DNA from: Octopus vulgaris
Taxonomy: Eukaryota
Assembly (NCBI GenBank): GCA_951406725.2
Contig: OX597827.1
Location: 78,058,001 to 78,122,000, forward strand
Direction: 5' to 3'
DNA length: 64,000 nt
Shown here one piece after another: positions 40,639 to 50,994 of this stretch (position 1 is the first letter of the stretch; every line of letters begins with the position of its first letter). A program made the position numbers and the translations under genes. Under the pieces are notes generated by a model. That model did no database searches and was not told the origin of the DNA. It worked only from the letters and a program-made list of their open reading frames with translations.

Positions 40639-41525
40639 CTTCGGCTCAATTAGGACCAAATCGAATGCTCTGAGAAAGCCAAGATTTTACAGGAAAATGT
40701 CTCCTGTGGCTGTTGTCAATCGTTTTTTTGTGTGTGTGTGTGTGTGTATACACTTGCCCAAGGTGTCACGCAGTGGGACTGAACTCGGAACATGTGGTTG
40801 GGAAGCAAGCTACTTGCCACACAGCCACTTCTGTGCCTTGTGTATTTTATATATATAAAATCATGAGAGAAAGGGAGAAACCATATAATTTAATTTGTAT
40901 TGTCATCATCATCATCATCATTTATTATCCATCTTCCATGCTGGAATGTACTGGATAGAAATATAGCTATCTATTACATACACATCATCGTCATCGTTTA
41001 GCGTCCGCTTTCCATGCTAGCATGGGTTGGATGGTTCAACTGGGGTCTGGGAAGCCAGAAGGCTGCACAAGGCCCAGTTTGATCTGGCAATGTTTCTACG
41101 ACTGGATGCCCTTCCTAACGCCAACCACTCCGCGAGTGTAGTGGGTGCTTTTTACACATATATATATATTTACTTCTTTTCTGAAAACTTTCCAATATCC
41201 AACTGGATTTTTGTTCCCATGGCAGAAAGCAAGCGTTTTCATGAGCAAACATTGCAGTGCCACCCCTTTCCCCACCCAACCCTCCATGTCATTTGTTCAA
41301 ATAACACAGGGGCTTCGTGATAGTTTCCCTTGGATAAATCTTTCAGTCATGTCAGTTTTCCTGCAACAAACGCTTTTGATATACTTCCAGAAGCATCCAT
41401 TTGTATGCTGTGTCTCCTCCCTAAGTTTTATGTCTTCGGCTCAATTAGGACCAAATCGAATGCTCTGAGAAAGCCAAGATTTTACAGGAAAATGTCTCCT
41501 GTGGCTGTTGTCAATCGTTTTTTTT
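40639..41525. repeat. About 90-bp direct duplication (40639-40729 and 41435-41525)
   Basis: CTTCGGCTCAATTAGGACCAAATCGAATGCTCTGAGAAAGCCAAGATTTTACAGGAAAATGTCTCCTGTGGCTGTTGTCAATCGTTTTTTT occurs twice. Confidence 0.9.
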
Positions 41526-41974
41526 GTTCTGTTATCACTCAATATACTTAATAATTACGCTTTTGTTCACATTGATTAAGATATTTGATTGATCCACCGT
41601 CACTAATAATCCAGGATGGTTTCATGGTATCCAGGCAACACTTTCTGCTCTCCGTTATTGTACCTTTGTTCAATTGTTTCATTTTACAGGAAAACACTTT
41701 CGCTTTTTCACTCGAAAACCACCGACTTTTGACAAAGCAAGTATTTCCCGCTTTCATGGGGCCTCGGAAACAAAGAAGAACAGAAATGTCTTATTCTCGG
41801 CAATTCTAACTTAATATCTCAAGGAAATGTTTTTTTGTTTTTTTTCTAACAATGGTGTTAAACAGAATGAATTCAAAACCCCCTGTTTATGATGTGACAC
41901 TCTTACCTGAACACTCATCTCTGTTAAATGATGTGTGTTTATGGATATTAGTATTTTTATAAATGAAACTACAT

Positions 41975-42157
41975 ATCGTTAGCTCCTACACGCATTTTTT
42001 TCTCTCCTTGTTTCTTTTCTGTGTATCTTTCTGTCGAAGAGCATAGGCTCGAAACGTAAAAGACTTGTTCTGTTTCTATTCCTGAGCGCCATACTAATTT
42101 GTTTGTTTGTACTCCACCTGCCTTTGTCTTTTGTTTATTTTCGTAAACCTTCCCATT
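41975..42157 (+). mobile_element. Family P Penelope-LTR-like repeat with hammerhead motif at 42026-42063
   Basis: TCTTT-CTGTCGA-A-GAGC-ATAG-GCTC-GAAA-CGTA-AAAGA; ends in (TA)n. Confidence 0.65.
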
Positions 42158-42175
42158 ATATATATGTGTGTATAT

Positions 42176-42296
42176 ATATATAAATTAGAGAAAAACCACT
42201 ATTATGTAATTCAATATTTTATTTTTTATTTATGATTTGGTTTATGTCTATCATTGTTTGAATTGCATAATAGTGGTTTTTCTCTAATTTATATAT
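42176..42296. repeat. Foldback inverted repeat (39-bp arms)
   Basis: TATATAAATTAGAGAAAAACCACTATTATGTAATTCAA is mirrored at 42258-42296 with one mismatch. Confidence 0.9.
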
Positions 42297-42374
42297 TTTA
42301 TATATTTATATTGTGAAATTTGATTTAGTACTAAATTGAATTTTTCCCTGTAAGTTTGGAGTTATACTCCCTAA

Positions 42375-42406
<32 letters not shown>

Positions 42407-42600
42407 TATATAAAGTTGTGTGATGTAATGAATTCCATCTCTGTAATGGTTTTATATTAGTTTTGTTTGAACACATTCTTACACATGTATTTGCATATAC
42501 ATATTCATACGTGTGTGTGTACACACACACACACTCTTTCATCCACACAGATACACCCACAGACATGATGACAGTTTTCTATCAATAATAAGCATTTTAG

Positions 42601-42627
42601 TTAATGTTTCCTTTCGTTTATTTTCAG
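42601..42627 (+). promoter_or_regulatory. Probable 3' splice acceptor of the zinc-finger coding exon
   Basis: Polypyrimidine tract TTTCCTTTCGTTTATTTTCAG, followed by a shift to unique, higher-GC sequence. Confidence 0.6.
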
Positions 42628-42774
42628 GTAACCATTAATCTGCGAAGCCCTTTCATGGAGCCCCATCATCTGACAGCCTTTGTATAGTCCACACCAAGCA
42701 GTTACCCTAAAACAACACACTGACCTCCAACCTTACCAATATTTTCATTGAAACAACGAAACCCCCTTCGATCA

Positions 42775-44292
42775 ATGATGGAGACCCTGCCTAGCGATGC
42801 CTCAATCCACAATGCTATTGCTACAAAGCCCCAGTTCTCGCCCCTCCCCAACACAATGGCACACCACAGAATGCCCCACATGACTGACAAACCCTTCCAC
42901 AATGAGATTTACGGCAACCAGTTCATGCAGGGCTACTACCTACAGACTCACGGTTTGGTTCATTCAAACCAGAAATTGTTCCACCCTGACGTGTACGGAA
43001 AACAGTTTGCACAGAACTGCTACGTCCAGAGCCATGAACGGATGCATAACATTGAGAAGCCGCCACCGGCTGCTCCACCCACGCCCCCAGTCTGTCCCAA
43101 ACCCCCCATCACTCCAAACAAGATTGCACCAATAATACCCAAAATTGAGGCGCCGCCGGTCAAACAGTTTCAGTGTGATTCTTGTCCCAAACAGTTTGCA
43201 CGCAGAAATACGCTGCAACTGCATCAAAGACTGCACACAGGTGAGAAATTATTCCATTGTAGTTTCTGCGATAAGCAGTTTATTCATCGGGACAAGCTCC
43301 AAATCCATGAGCGGATCCACACGGGGGAGAAGCCGTTCCATTGCGAGTTCTGCCCGAAGCAGTTCTCTCGGAAGGACAAACTCAAAATCCACCGAAGCAC
43401 ACACACAGGCGAGAAACCGTTCCATTGCAATCTTTGCGACAAGCAATTTGTTCAGCGAAATAAGTTAAAAATTCATCAAAGAATCCACACAGGTGAGAAG
43501 CCGTTCCATTGTGAATTTTGCACCAAACAGTTTTCTCGTGGTGACAAGCTGCAGTTGCATAGGCGAACACACACAGGTGAGAAGTTGTTTCATTGCAATT
43601 ACTGCCCGAAACAGTTTGTCCAGAAAGACAAACTGTTGATACACGAGCGAACCCACACGGGGGAGAAGCCGTTCCACTGCGAGATCTGCTCGAAACAGTT
43701 TGCTCGCAGCGACCGGCTGCAGATCCATCGAAGAACACACACAGGGGAGAAGCCATTCCATTGCGACCTCTGTCCGAAGCAGTTTGTTCAGAGATGTTAC
43801 CTGAAAATACACCGTCGTATCCACACAGGTGAGAAGCCCTTCCAGTGTGATGTTTGCTCGAAGCAGTTTGCTCGGAAAGATAAACTGCAGATCCACACTC
43901 GCACCCACACAGGTGAAAAGCCGTTCCACTGCGACATTTGCAGGGAGCAGTTTGTTAGGAAAGCGCAGCTGCTGGCGCATAAGAAGCACATGCACGCTGC
44001 AATAGTCGATAAACCGTTTCAGTGTGAGATCTGCCTGCAGCAGTTCTCGGAGAGGGATACAATGTTGATTCACCAGCGGTCACACTTGCCGGCCCCCACT
44101 TCACCGCCACAGTGTGACATATGTACAAAGCAGTTTGCCACCATGGAAGAAATGCAAAATCACAAAAGAATACATAAACCTGTCCGGAACAATTTCTTGA
44201 AGCCAACTTCATGCAAGAACATCAAAGAGTACACACCGATGAGTACTCTGTTATGGCAGACTCTCTACCCAGGGTTACAAAACCCTGTATAA
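42775..44292 (+). CDS. C2H2 zinc-finger protein (12 fingers; no KRAB, BTB or SCAN domain evident), 505 aa from the first ATG
   Basis: Ten tandem CxxC...HxxxH fingers with TGEKP/TGEKL linkers plus two more C-terminal fingers; Pro-rich linker; in-frame TGA at 42721 precedes ATG 42775 (the ORF track starts at TTG 42748). Confidence 0.96.
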   Translation: MMETLPSDASIHNAIATKPQFSPLPNTMAHHRMPHMTDKPFHNEIYGNQFMQGYYLQTHGLVHSNQKLFHPDVYGKQFAQNCYVQSHERMHNIEKPPPAAPPTPPVCPKPPITPNKIAPIIPKIEAPPVKQFQCDSCPKQFARRNTLQLHQRLHTGEKLFHCSFCDKQFIHRDKLQIHERIHTGEKPFHCEFCPKQFSRKDKLKIHRSTHTGEKPFHCNLCDKQFVQRNKLKIHQRIHTGEKPFHCEFCTKQFSRGDKLQLHRRTHTGEKLFHCNYCPKQFVQKDKLLIHERTHTGEKPFHCEICSKQFARSDRLQIHRRTHTGEKPFHCDLCPKQFVQRCYLKIHRRIHTGEKPFQCDVCSKQFARKDKLQIHTRTHTGEKPFHCDICREQFVRKAQLLAHKKHMHAAIVDKPFQCEICLQQFSERDTMLIHQRSHLPAPTSPPQCDICTKQFATMEEMQNHKRIHKPVRNNFLKPTSCKNIKEYTPMSTLLWQTLYPGLQNPV

Positions 44293-44589
44293 AAGCAATT
44301 CTCCATTTAAGTGCCCCACTCAGCTGAGTGCAAAGATTCTTCTTACAATCGGAAAAAAAAAAGAAAAAAATTCTTCATATTTTAACTCTGCTCCAGAGTC
44401 TTGCAGACAACAACTTGCGATGCCATCTTTTTTCGGGGGGGTAGGGGGTGGGGGGAGACAGCAATTCCTCCAAAACTGGATTATTTCTCCTTAGCTTTTT
44501 ACATCGACCCAGACATTGAACAGTTTCTAGAAAAAAGCAAAAAAACCGAAAACAAATAACTAAAAACAAAACAAAACAAAAAAAATCTG

Positions 44590-44599
44590 AATAAATAAA
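44590..44599 (+). promoter_or_regulatory. Candidate polyadenylation signals (overlapping AATAAA)
   Basis: About 300 bp after the stop codon, but in A-rich sequence, so could be chance. Confidence 0.3.
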
Positions 44600-45156
44600 A
44601 AAAAAAGTGAAAAAGAAAGAAAAAAAGAAAAGAAAAAGAAGAAATCTTCTTCATTAATTGTTGCTCATGTCTCTTCTACAAGAACTTTTACACATTTTCA
44701 TATATTTTCCACCCTATTTTGTAGAAACTATTTACCAATTTTACATCAATGTCAACAGAATGTTTTAACAAAGACTTCTTCGGAAACGAAACTGGAGCCA
44801 TTTGATATTTTTATTAATCTCTGGCAAAACAAAACTGTTTCGATTTGGTCGTCTCACGGAGGGAAATGGTACGGTTGGGTGTTATTTTTTTAAAAAACTT
44901 TCTGAAAAATTTACTAATTTATATGGAGACTTTTTTTAAGAAAAAAAAAACAATTTTTCTTTTTTTTTTTTTTCCCACTGTCAAATTGTGTTAAGAAATT
45001 ACAACTAATTATCTTGGCAGACATTTTAGCTCGTTAGTCGAAAATCACGGAATTAAAACCAGTCCTTCTTCAATATAATATGTATGTTGATGAGATGTAT
45101 AGAACAGGGACCAAACGCATACACAGACACAAACACACGCACGTGCATTATATATA

Positions 45157-45189
<33 letters not shown>

Positions 45190-45300
45190 TAAAATTTGAA
45201 TATTAAGCAGCTATAATAATGTAGACACTATTGATGTCACCTAATTACTGTACATGTTTTGTCTATGCACCCATTGGCTGCAAGATAGCATCAGAGGGAA

Positions 45301-45336
<36 letters not shown>

Positions 45337-45400
45337 ATGAGGGATTCTCCCATCAAAGATGGCTATATATATATATATATGTATGTATGTATTTGTATAT

Positions 45401-45544
45401 ATTTGTTATTCTTAAGCAAGAAGGCTATTGACAGCAACTTTGAGGTGTCAGCCGTTTAAGCCATCATTGGATTGCCGATGATGGCTTGACTGTCTTAAAC
45501 TTCGAAGTCACTGTCAACAACCTTCTTGTCTAAGAATAATAAAT
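45401..45544. repeat. Imperfect 70-bp-arm hairpin with 4-nt loop
   Basis: Arms align without gaps, with about 16 mismatches counted by eye. Confidence 0.85.
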
Positions 45545-45887
45545 TTGTGCTCTACAAAAGTATAGAGTGAACCATCAGATTAATGTAAAAATGGTCTTTA
45601 TTATAACATAAAAACAAGCATTAGCATATATATATATATATATATATATGTGTATGTATGTGTGTGTGTATGTATATATATATATATATATACAAATTGA
45701 GATAGGGGTTGTGAGTGTAACCCACCATGGGATAACAAATATCCAATATACTGCCAGTACAGCACCCAACAAAGTTAATACATAAATGATTGGGTATTAT
45801 CTGGTAGTTGATTATTGATTAAGGTGTATTTCTCCATTTTCTTATTTTGTCTATATATATATATATATTTATGTATGTATGTGTGTG

Positions 45888-45953
<66 letters not shown>

Positions 45954-48124
45954 CACACATATACATACATTTATATATACACACACATAGAAGCATGAAC
46001 GTGCATTTGTATATGTAAATGTGTTTACATGTATACACACATTTAACTGAATCATGCATGTACACATTAACTATATACACACCTTTAAACACCCGCATAA
46101 ACACACAGGCAAACGTACATACAAGTTGTACTTCACTTCAGTTTTGTAATTTATCAAATGTTCAAATGTGTGACACACACACACACACACTTCACACGCA
46201 TGTATAAACAGACATTTTATTAACTATCAAAGGTGTCAAAAAATCCAGTGTGTGTGTGTGTGAGGCTGTCAGGTGAACCCTGCAGTCCTGACTAGCCCCT
46301 TTGTCACTGAGGTTGGGATGGGGGACCCACACCCCTAGCTGTATTTATTTCAATGTAGTCCTTCATTTGTCCTCCTCCCAATTTTGTCTGCTTCCAGCCT
46401 GGCCCAGCCCCTGAGGGTATTTTTCCAAGACCCCTCTCTCTCTTTCTTTCTTTCTCTCTCTATGCAAATATTGGAAGACACTTCAAGGGTAAATAGTGGT
46501 GATGCTGGCAGCGGTGGTGGGTGTGTAGATGTTTACTTACTTTCCTCCTCCACCCTGGGGTGTGGAACCGAATAGTAGTCTTGTTGTTGTTGTTCTTTCT
46601 AGAGAGGGGGTGGGAAGTGATTTTTTTTTTTTTGTTGATTGAAAAAAAGAAGTCTTATCCTTATAGTGTACTTCTATCTGTCTGTCATAATCCTGGCAGT
46701 TCTGCTTTACTACAACTATCACAGTCATTACAGCTGGAGGCCCAGGAGGGCCCAAACGGTTACGAAGTTTGTCTCCCAGTTATGGAGTCTCGTGTTCATC
46801 CCCAATACAAGGCACCTTGTGCAAATGTCATTACCTTGTGGGTGAAATTGTAAAGAGGAAAACTGCACTGAGTACACGGCTGCTTACGGCTTATTTCAGG
46901 AGCAGGTAATTCAGTTTAAATCAAACGAGTGCATCTTCATCAAACTATTGCAGACGCACCACTGCCGCCACCACCACCACCACCACCACTGTCGCAAGTG
47001 TGAGGAAGAGGAGGAGGAAGGTAGCTGACAGAATCCATTAAGACATTGGGCAAATTGCCTCGCTGTATTTGTTCTGGCTTCCTGTGTCTTGAGTTCAAAT
47101 CCTGTTGAAGTCAACTTTGCTTTTCATCCTTCCAGGGTCAATGAAAATAAGGTACGAGTGAACTACTGGGATTGATGTGATCATCTTCTGCCTCTATAAG
47201 AAAGCATTATTATCATTATTATTATTATTTATTAATTAATTAATTAAGACGGTGATCCAGCAGAATCGTTAGCACACCAGGCAAAAAACTGTCTTGATGT
47301 TTCGGGTTCAAATTCCACCAAGGTCCACTTTATCTTTCATCCTTTGTGGGGGAGGGTCAATAAATTAAGTACCAGTCGAGTACTGGGGAGTTGATGTGAT
47401 CGACTATCCCCCTCCCCACAAATTCCAGGCTTTGTGCCAATAGTAGAAAGGATTATTATTATTATTTTTATTAATAATTAAGCTGGCAGAATCGTTAGCA
47501 CGCTGGGCAAAATGCTTAGCGACATTTTGTCTGTCTTTACGTCCTGAGTTCAAATTCTGCTGAGGTCAGTTTTGCTTTTCATCCTTTTGGGGGTCAATAA
47601 AATTAGTACCAGTTACGTACTGGGGTCAATGCAATCAACAAGCCCCATAACCCAAAATTTGTACCTAAAGTAGAAAGGATTATTATTTGTTTGTTTAGAT
47701 TCTTTTATTCGTTGATTTTTTTTTTCACTTGCTTTGGTCATTGAACCCTGGCCATGCTGGAGCAATGCCTCGATAGGTTTAGTGAAACAAATTGATCTTA
47801 GTACTTATTTAAAGTCTGGTGCCTATTCTGTTGGTCTCTTTTTTGCCAAACCACAAAGTTTATGGGGATGTAAACAAACCACCACCGGTTGCCAAGCAGT
47901 GGTGTTGGGGAAACACAAACACCACACACGCACACATACACACATACATATCAAATAGACTTCCACACTATTTCCATCTACCAAATTCACTCACAAGGCA
48001 TCGGTCAGCTTGTGGCTAAATTATAACAATTTCCCAAGATGCTGAGCTTTGGGATTGAACTTGAAACCCTGTGACTGCAAAGCAAACTTCTTCACCATGC
48101 AGCCATAACAACTGTTTCTGTTAT

Positions 48125-48498
48125 TCTTTTATTCTTTTCAGTCATTTGACTGCAGCCATGCTGGAGCACCACCTTTAGTCAAGCAAATCGACCCCAGGAG
48201 TTATTCTTTATATTAGGCTTTTTTGCTGAACCACTAAGTTAAGGGGACGTAAGCACACCAGCATCGGTTGTCAAGCGATGTTGAGGGGGCAAACACATTC
48301 ACGCACACACACACACACATATGTATATATATACAATGGGCTTCTTTCAGTTTCCATCTACCAAATCCACTCACAAGGTTTTGGTTGGCCCAAGGCTATA
48401 GTAGAAGACATTTGCCCATGGTGCCATGCAGTTGGACTGAACCCGGAACCATGTGGTTGGTAAGCAAGCTACTTACCACACAGCCACCCCTGCGCCTA
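48125..48498 (-). mobile_element. SINE family A (a second copy lies at about 47700-48105)
   Basis: Matches other family A copies. Confidence 0.85.
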
Positions 48499-49245
48499 TG
48501 ATAATATTTATTTTTGAAAACTTGATCAAGGTCAGCCTTGCCTTGTATTTCAGAGATTTGTGGGGGGAGAAGCAAGGTGATTAAATATGAACTAAATGGT
48601 TACTGCCTCTCGTTCTACTTCCGTTATTTCTCGTCTCAGCTGGAGGCCTTAAACTGAGGTTAGAAATCTTAAGAACGCTGGACAAAATGTCTCTGAGTAT
48701 GGACCCTTCGGCATTCAGGTTATTCTGTCAAATTTCGGTTTTATTTTTTCACATTATTTTTTTGGAATTGATCAAAAATTAATCTTTGTAGCTTCAAGAT
48801 TTTTGATTATGTGATTATTGTTAAGATAACATTGTAGGATAGGTGTGAGATGCCAGACATGGCTGCTGGAAAAGCTAAAGGTTAAAATAATAACAATGTT
48901 TCTCGCAGCTCCTTAAGTTCTGAGCTCAACTCTCACCAATGTCAACTTTGCTTCTCATCCCTTCAGGGTCAATAAAATAAGTAGCAGTCATGCACTGGGG
49001 GCCTCAATGTAATCCGTTGGCCTTGTGCCAAAATTGCAAAGAATTAATATTATTATTTATTGTGAAAATGTTTGGCAGTACTTTGTCCGTCCTCACGTTC
49101 TGAGTTCAAATTCTGCCAAGGTTGACTTTGCCTTTCATCCTTCTGGGGTCAATAAATTAAGTACCAGTGAAATACCGGGGTCGACGTGATCGACTAGTCC
49201 CCCTCCTGCCAAATTGCAGGCCTTGTGCCTATAGTAGAAAGGATT

Positions 49246-49285
<40 letters not shown>

Positions 49286-49485
49286 GGGGGCAAGCTGGCA
49301 GAATCGTTAGAGTGCTGGGCAAAATGCTCAGCAGCACACTTCATCCGTCTTCATGTTCTGAGTTCAAATTTTGCCAAGGTCGACTTTGCCTTTCATCCTT
49401 TCAGGGTCGATATAATTAACTACCCCCCTCCCCCAATACTTCCAGCTTTGTGCCTATAGTACAAAGGATCGTTATCATTTATTAA

Positions 49486-49707
49486 CCCTTTTGATACCAA
49501 CCCGGCTGAAACCATCTCTGGCTCTGTAGAACAAATGTCTTGTTTTCATACGTTTTGAATTGAAATCTTCCACCAAACCTTAGTCACAATTTATGTTCCT
49601 AACACTAGCTGAATGATAACAAAGTTATTTAACTAAATTGTTTGTTATATTTAAAATTAATTGAAAGAAACACAGAGCATCTCAACAGAAATATGGTAAC
49701 GAAGGGG
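49486..49707. mobile_element. piggyBac-type MITE
   Basis: TTAA on both sides (49482-49485, 49708-49711); imperfect TIR CCCTTTTGATACCA vs CCCCTTCGTTACCA. Confidence 0.7.
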
Positions 49708-50640
49708 TTAATCAGACAGCAACTTGGCACATTTGTTAGCATGTCAGAGAAAATACATAATGGTATTTCCTCTGGTAATTTTACGTTCTGAGTTCTAATC
49801 CCATGAAGGTCACCTTTGCCTTTCATTGTTTTGGGGTCCATAAAATTGTGTACCGGTCTCAAGTACTGGGGTCAGTGTTATTGACTAACCTCCCTTCCTT
49901 GGAAACTGCTCGTTTTGTGTCTAAATCAAAAACAACAACTACTAATACTATTATTATTATTATTTTTTATTATTATTATTGTTGTTGTTGAGGTGGTGAG
50001 CTGGCGGAATCGTTTGCATGCCGGACAAGATGCTTGGTCATTTCGTTCATCTTTATGTTCTAAGTTTAAATTCCACTGGGGTGAACTTTGCCTTTCCTGG
50101 GGTGGGGGGGTCAATAAAATAAGTCCCAATTGAGCTCTGGGGTTTCATTTAATCAACTTAGCCCCTTCCCCAAAACTGCTGGCCGTGGGCCAAAATTTGA
50201 AGCCATTATTATTATTAGTAGTAGCAGTAGTAGTAGTATTGTGGGGTGGTAAAATTGGTAAGTAACAGACATGTTTTCTAATTAAGTCTTTGTTTTGAGT
50301 TCAATCCCTGCTGAGGTCAACTTTGCCTTTTTATCAACCTGGGACTGATTTGATCAGCACTGCCCCCACCCTGTGACCTTGTGCCTATCTTACAAACCAT
50401 TGATGACACCAACACCTCATCAAATGCCTTACAGTATTTAGTTTCATCCTGCTATGTTCTGGGTTCAAGTTCTGATGGATTTGAACTTTGAGATTTTTCT
50501 TTTTTTTTTTTATTATTATTATTTTAATATCTCTGGGGTCAATAAAATTAATAAGTACCAGTTATATTTTGGGTTTCAGTGTTATTTGACTATGCTTTTC
50601 CCTCCCACCAACAGTTTTTGCCTTGTAGTAATGTGAATTA

Positions 50641-50994
50641 TTACCTCAGCCTCAGCGAAGGCAGAGGTGTTGTTTTCAGTCATGTTTGTTTGCTTGTCCT
50701 TGAAGAAGATATCTCAAGAACTGCTGGATGGATTCGGATGAAACTTTGGCCTCGTGACCGGCATGAACTGATTAGATTTTGGGATCGATCTGGTACCGGA
50801 CAAGGATTCTGGATTATTTTGCCTGTATTTTTGTTGTTTTTTTTACTTAATTTTTGAGAGCAGTTTGATTTCATTTTTAGTATTCTTGTTTGTGAGAACA
50901 ATCAAGTTTATTTCAGATATACTCAATTTAAAAATCATCTCTGGCAAATCATTGAGAGGATGTTGGTGGAGGTTTGGGCTCTCTGAGTACTCTT
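50641..50994 (+). mobile_element. Non-autonomous Helentron-associated (DINE-1/HINE-like) element
   Basis: Starts TTACCTCAGCC with a short palindrome and a GTTT/GTCT-like tract; ends GGTGGAGGT...GCTCTCTGAGTACTC (subterminal inverted repeat plus 3' hairpin). Confidence 0.55.

Noticed and set aside
43382-44073. Antisense ORFs of 124 and 202 aa over the zinc-finger array
   Set aside because: Expected shadow ORFs from repetitive C2H2 codon usage
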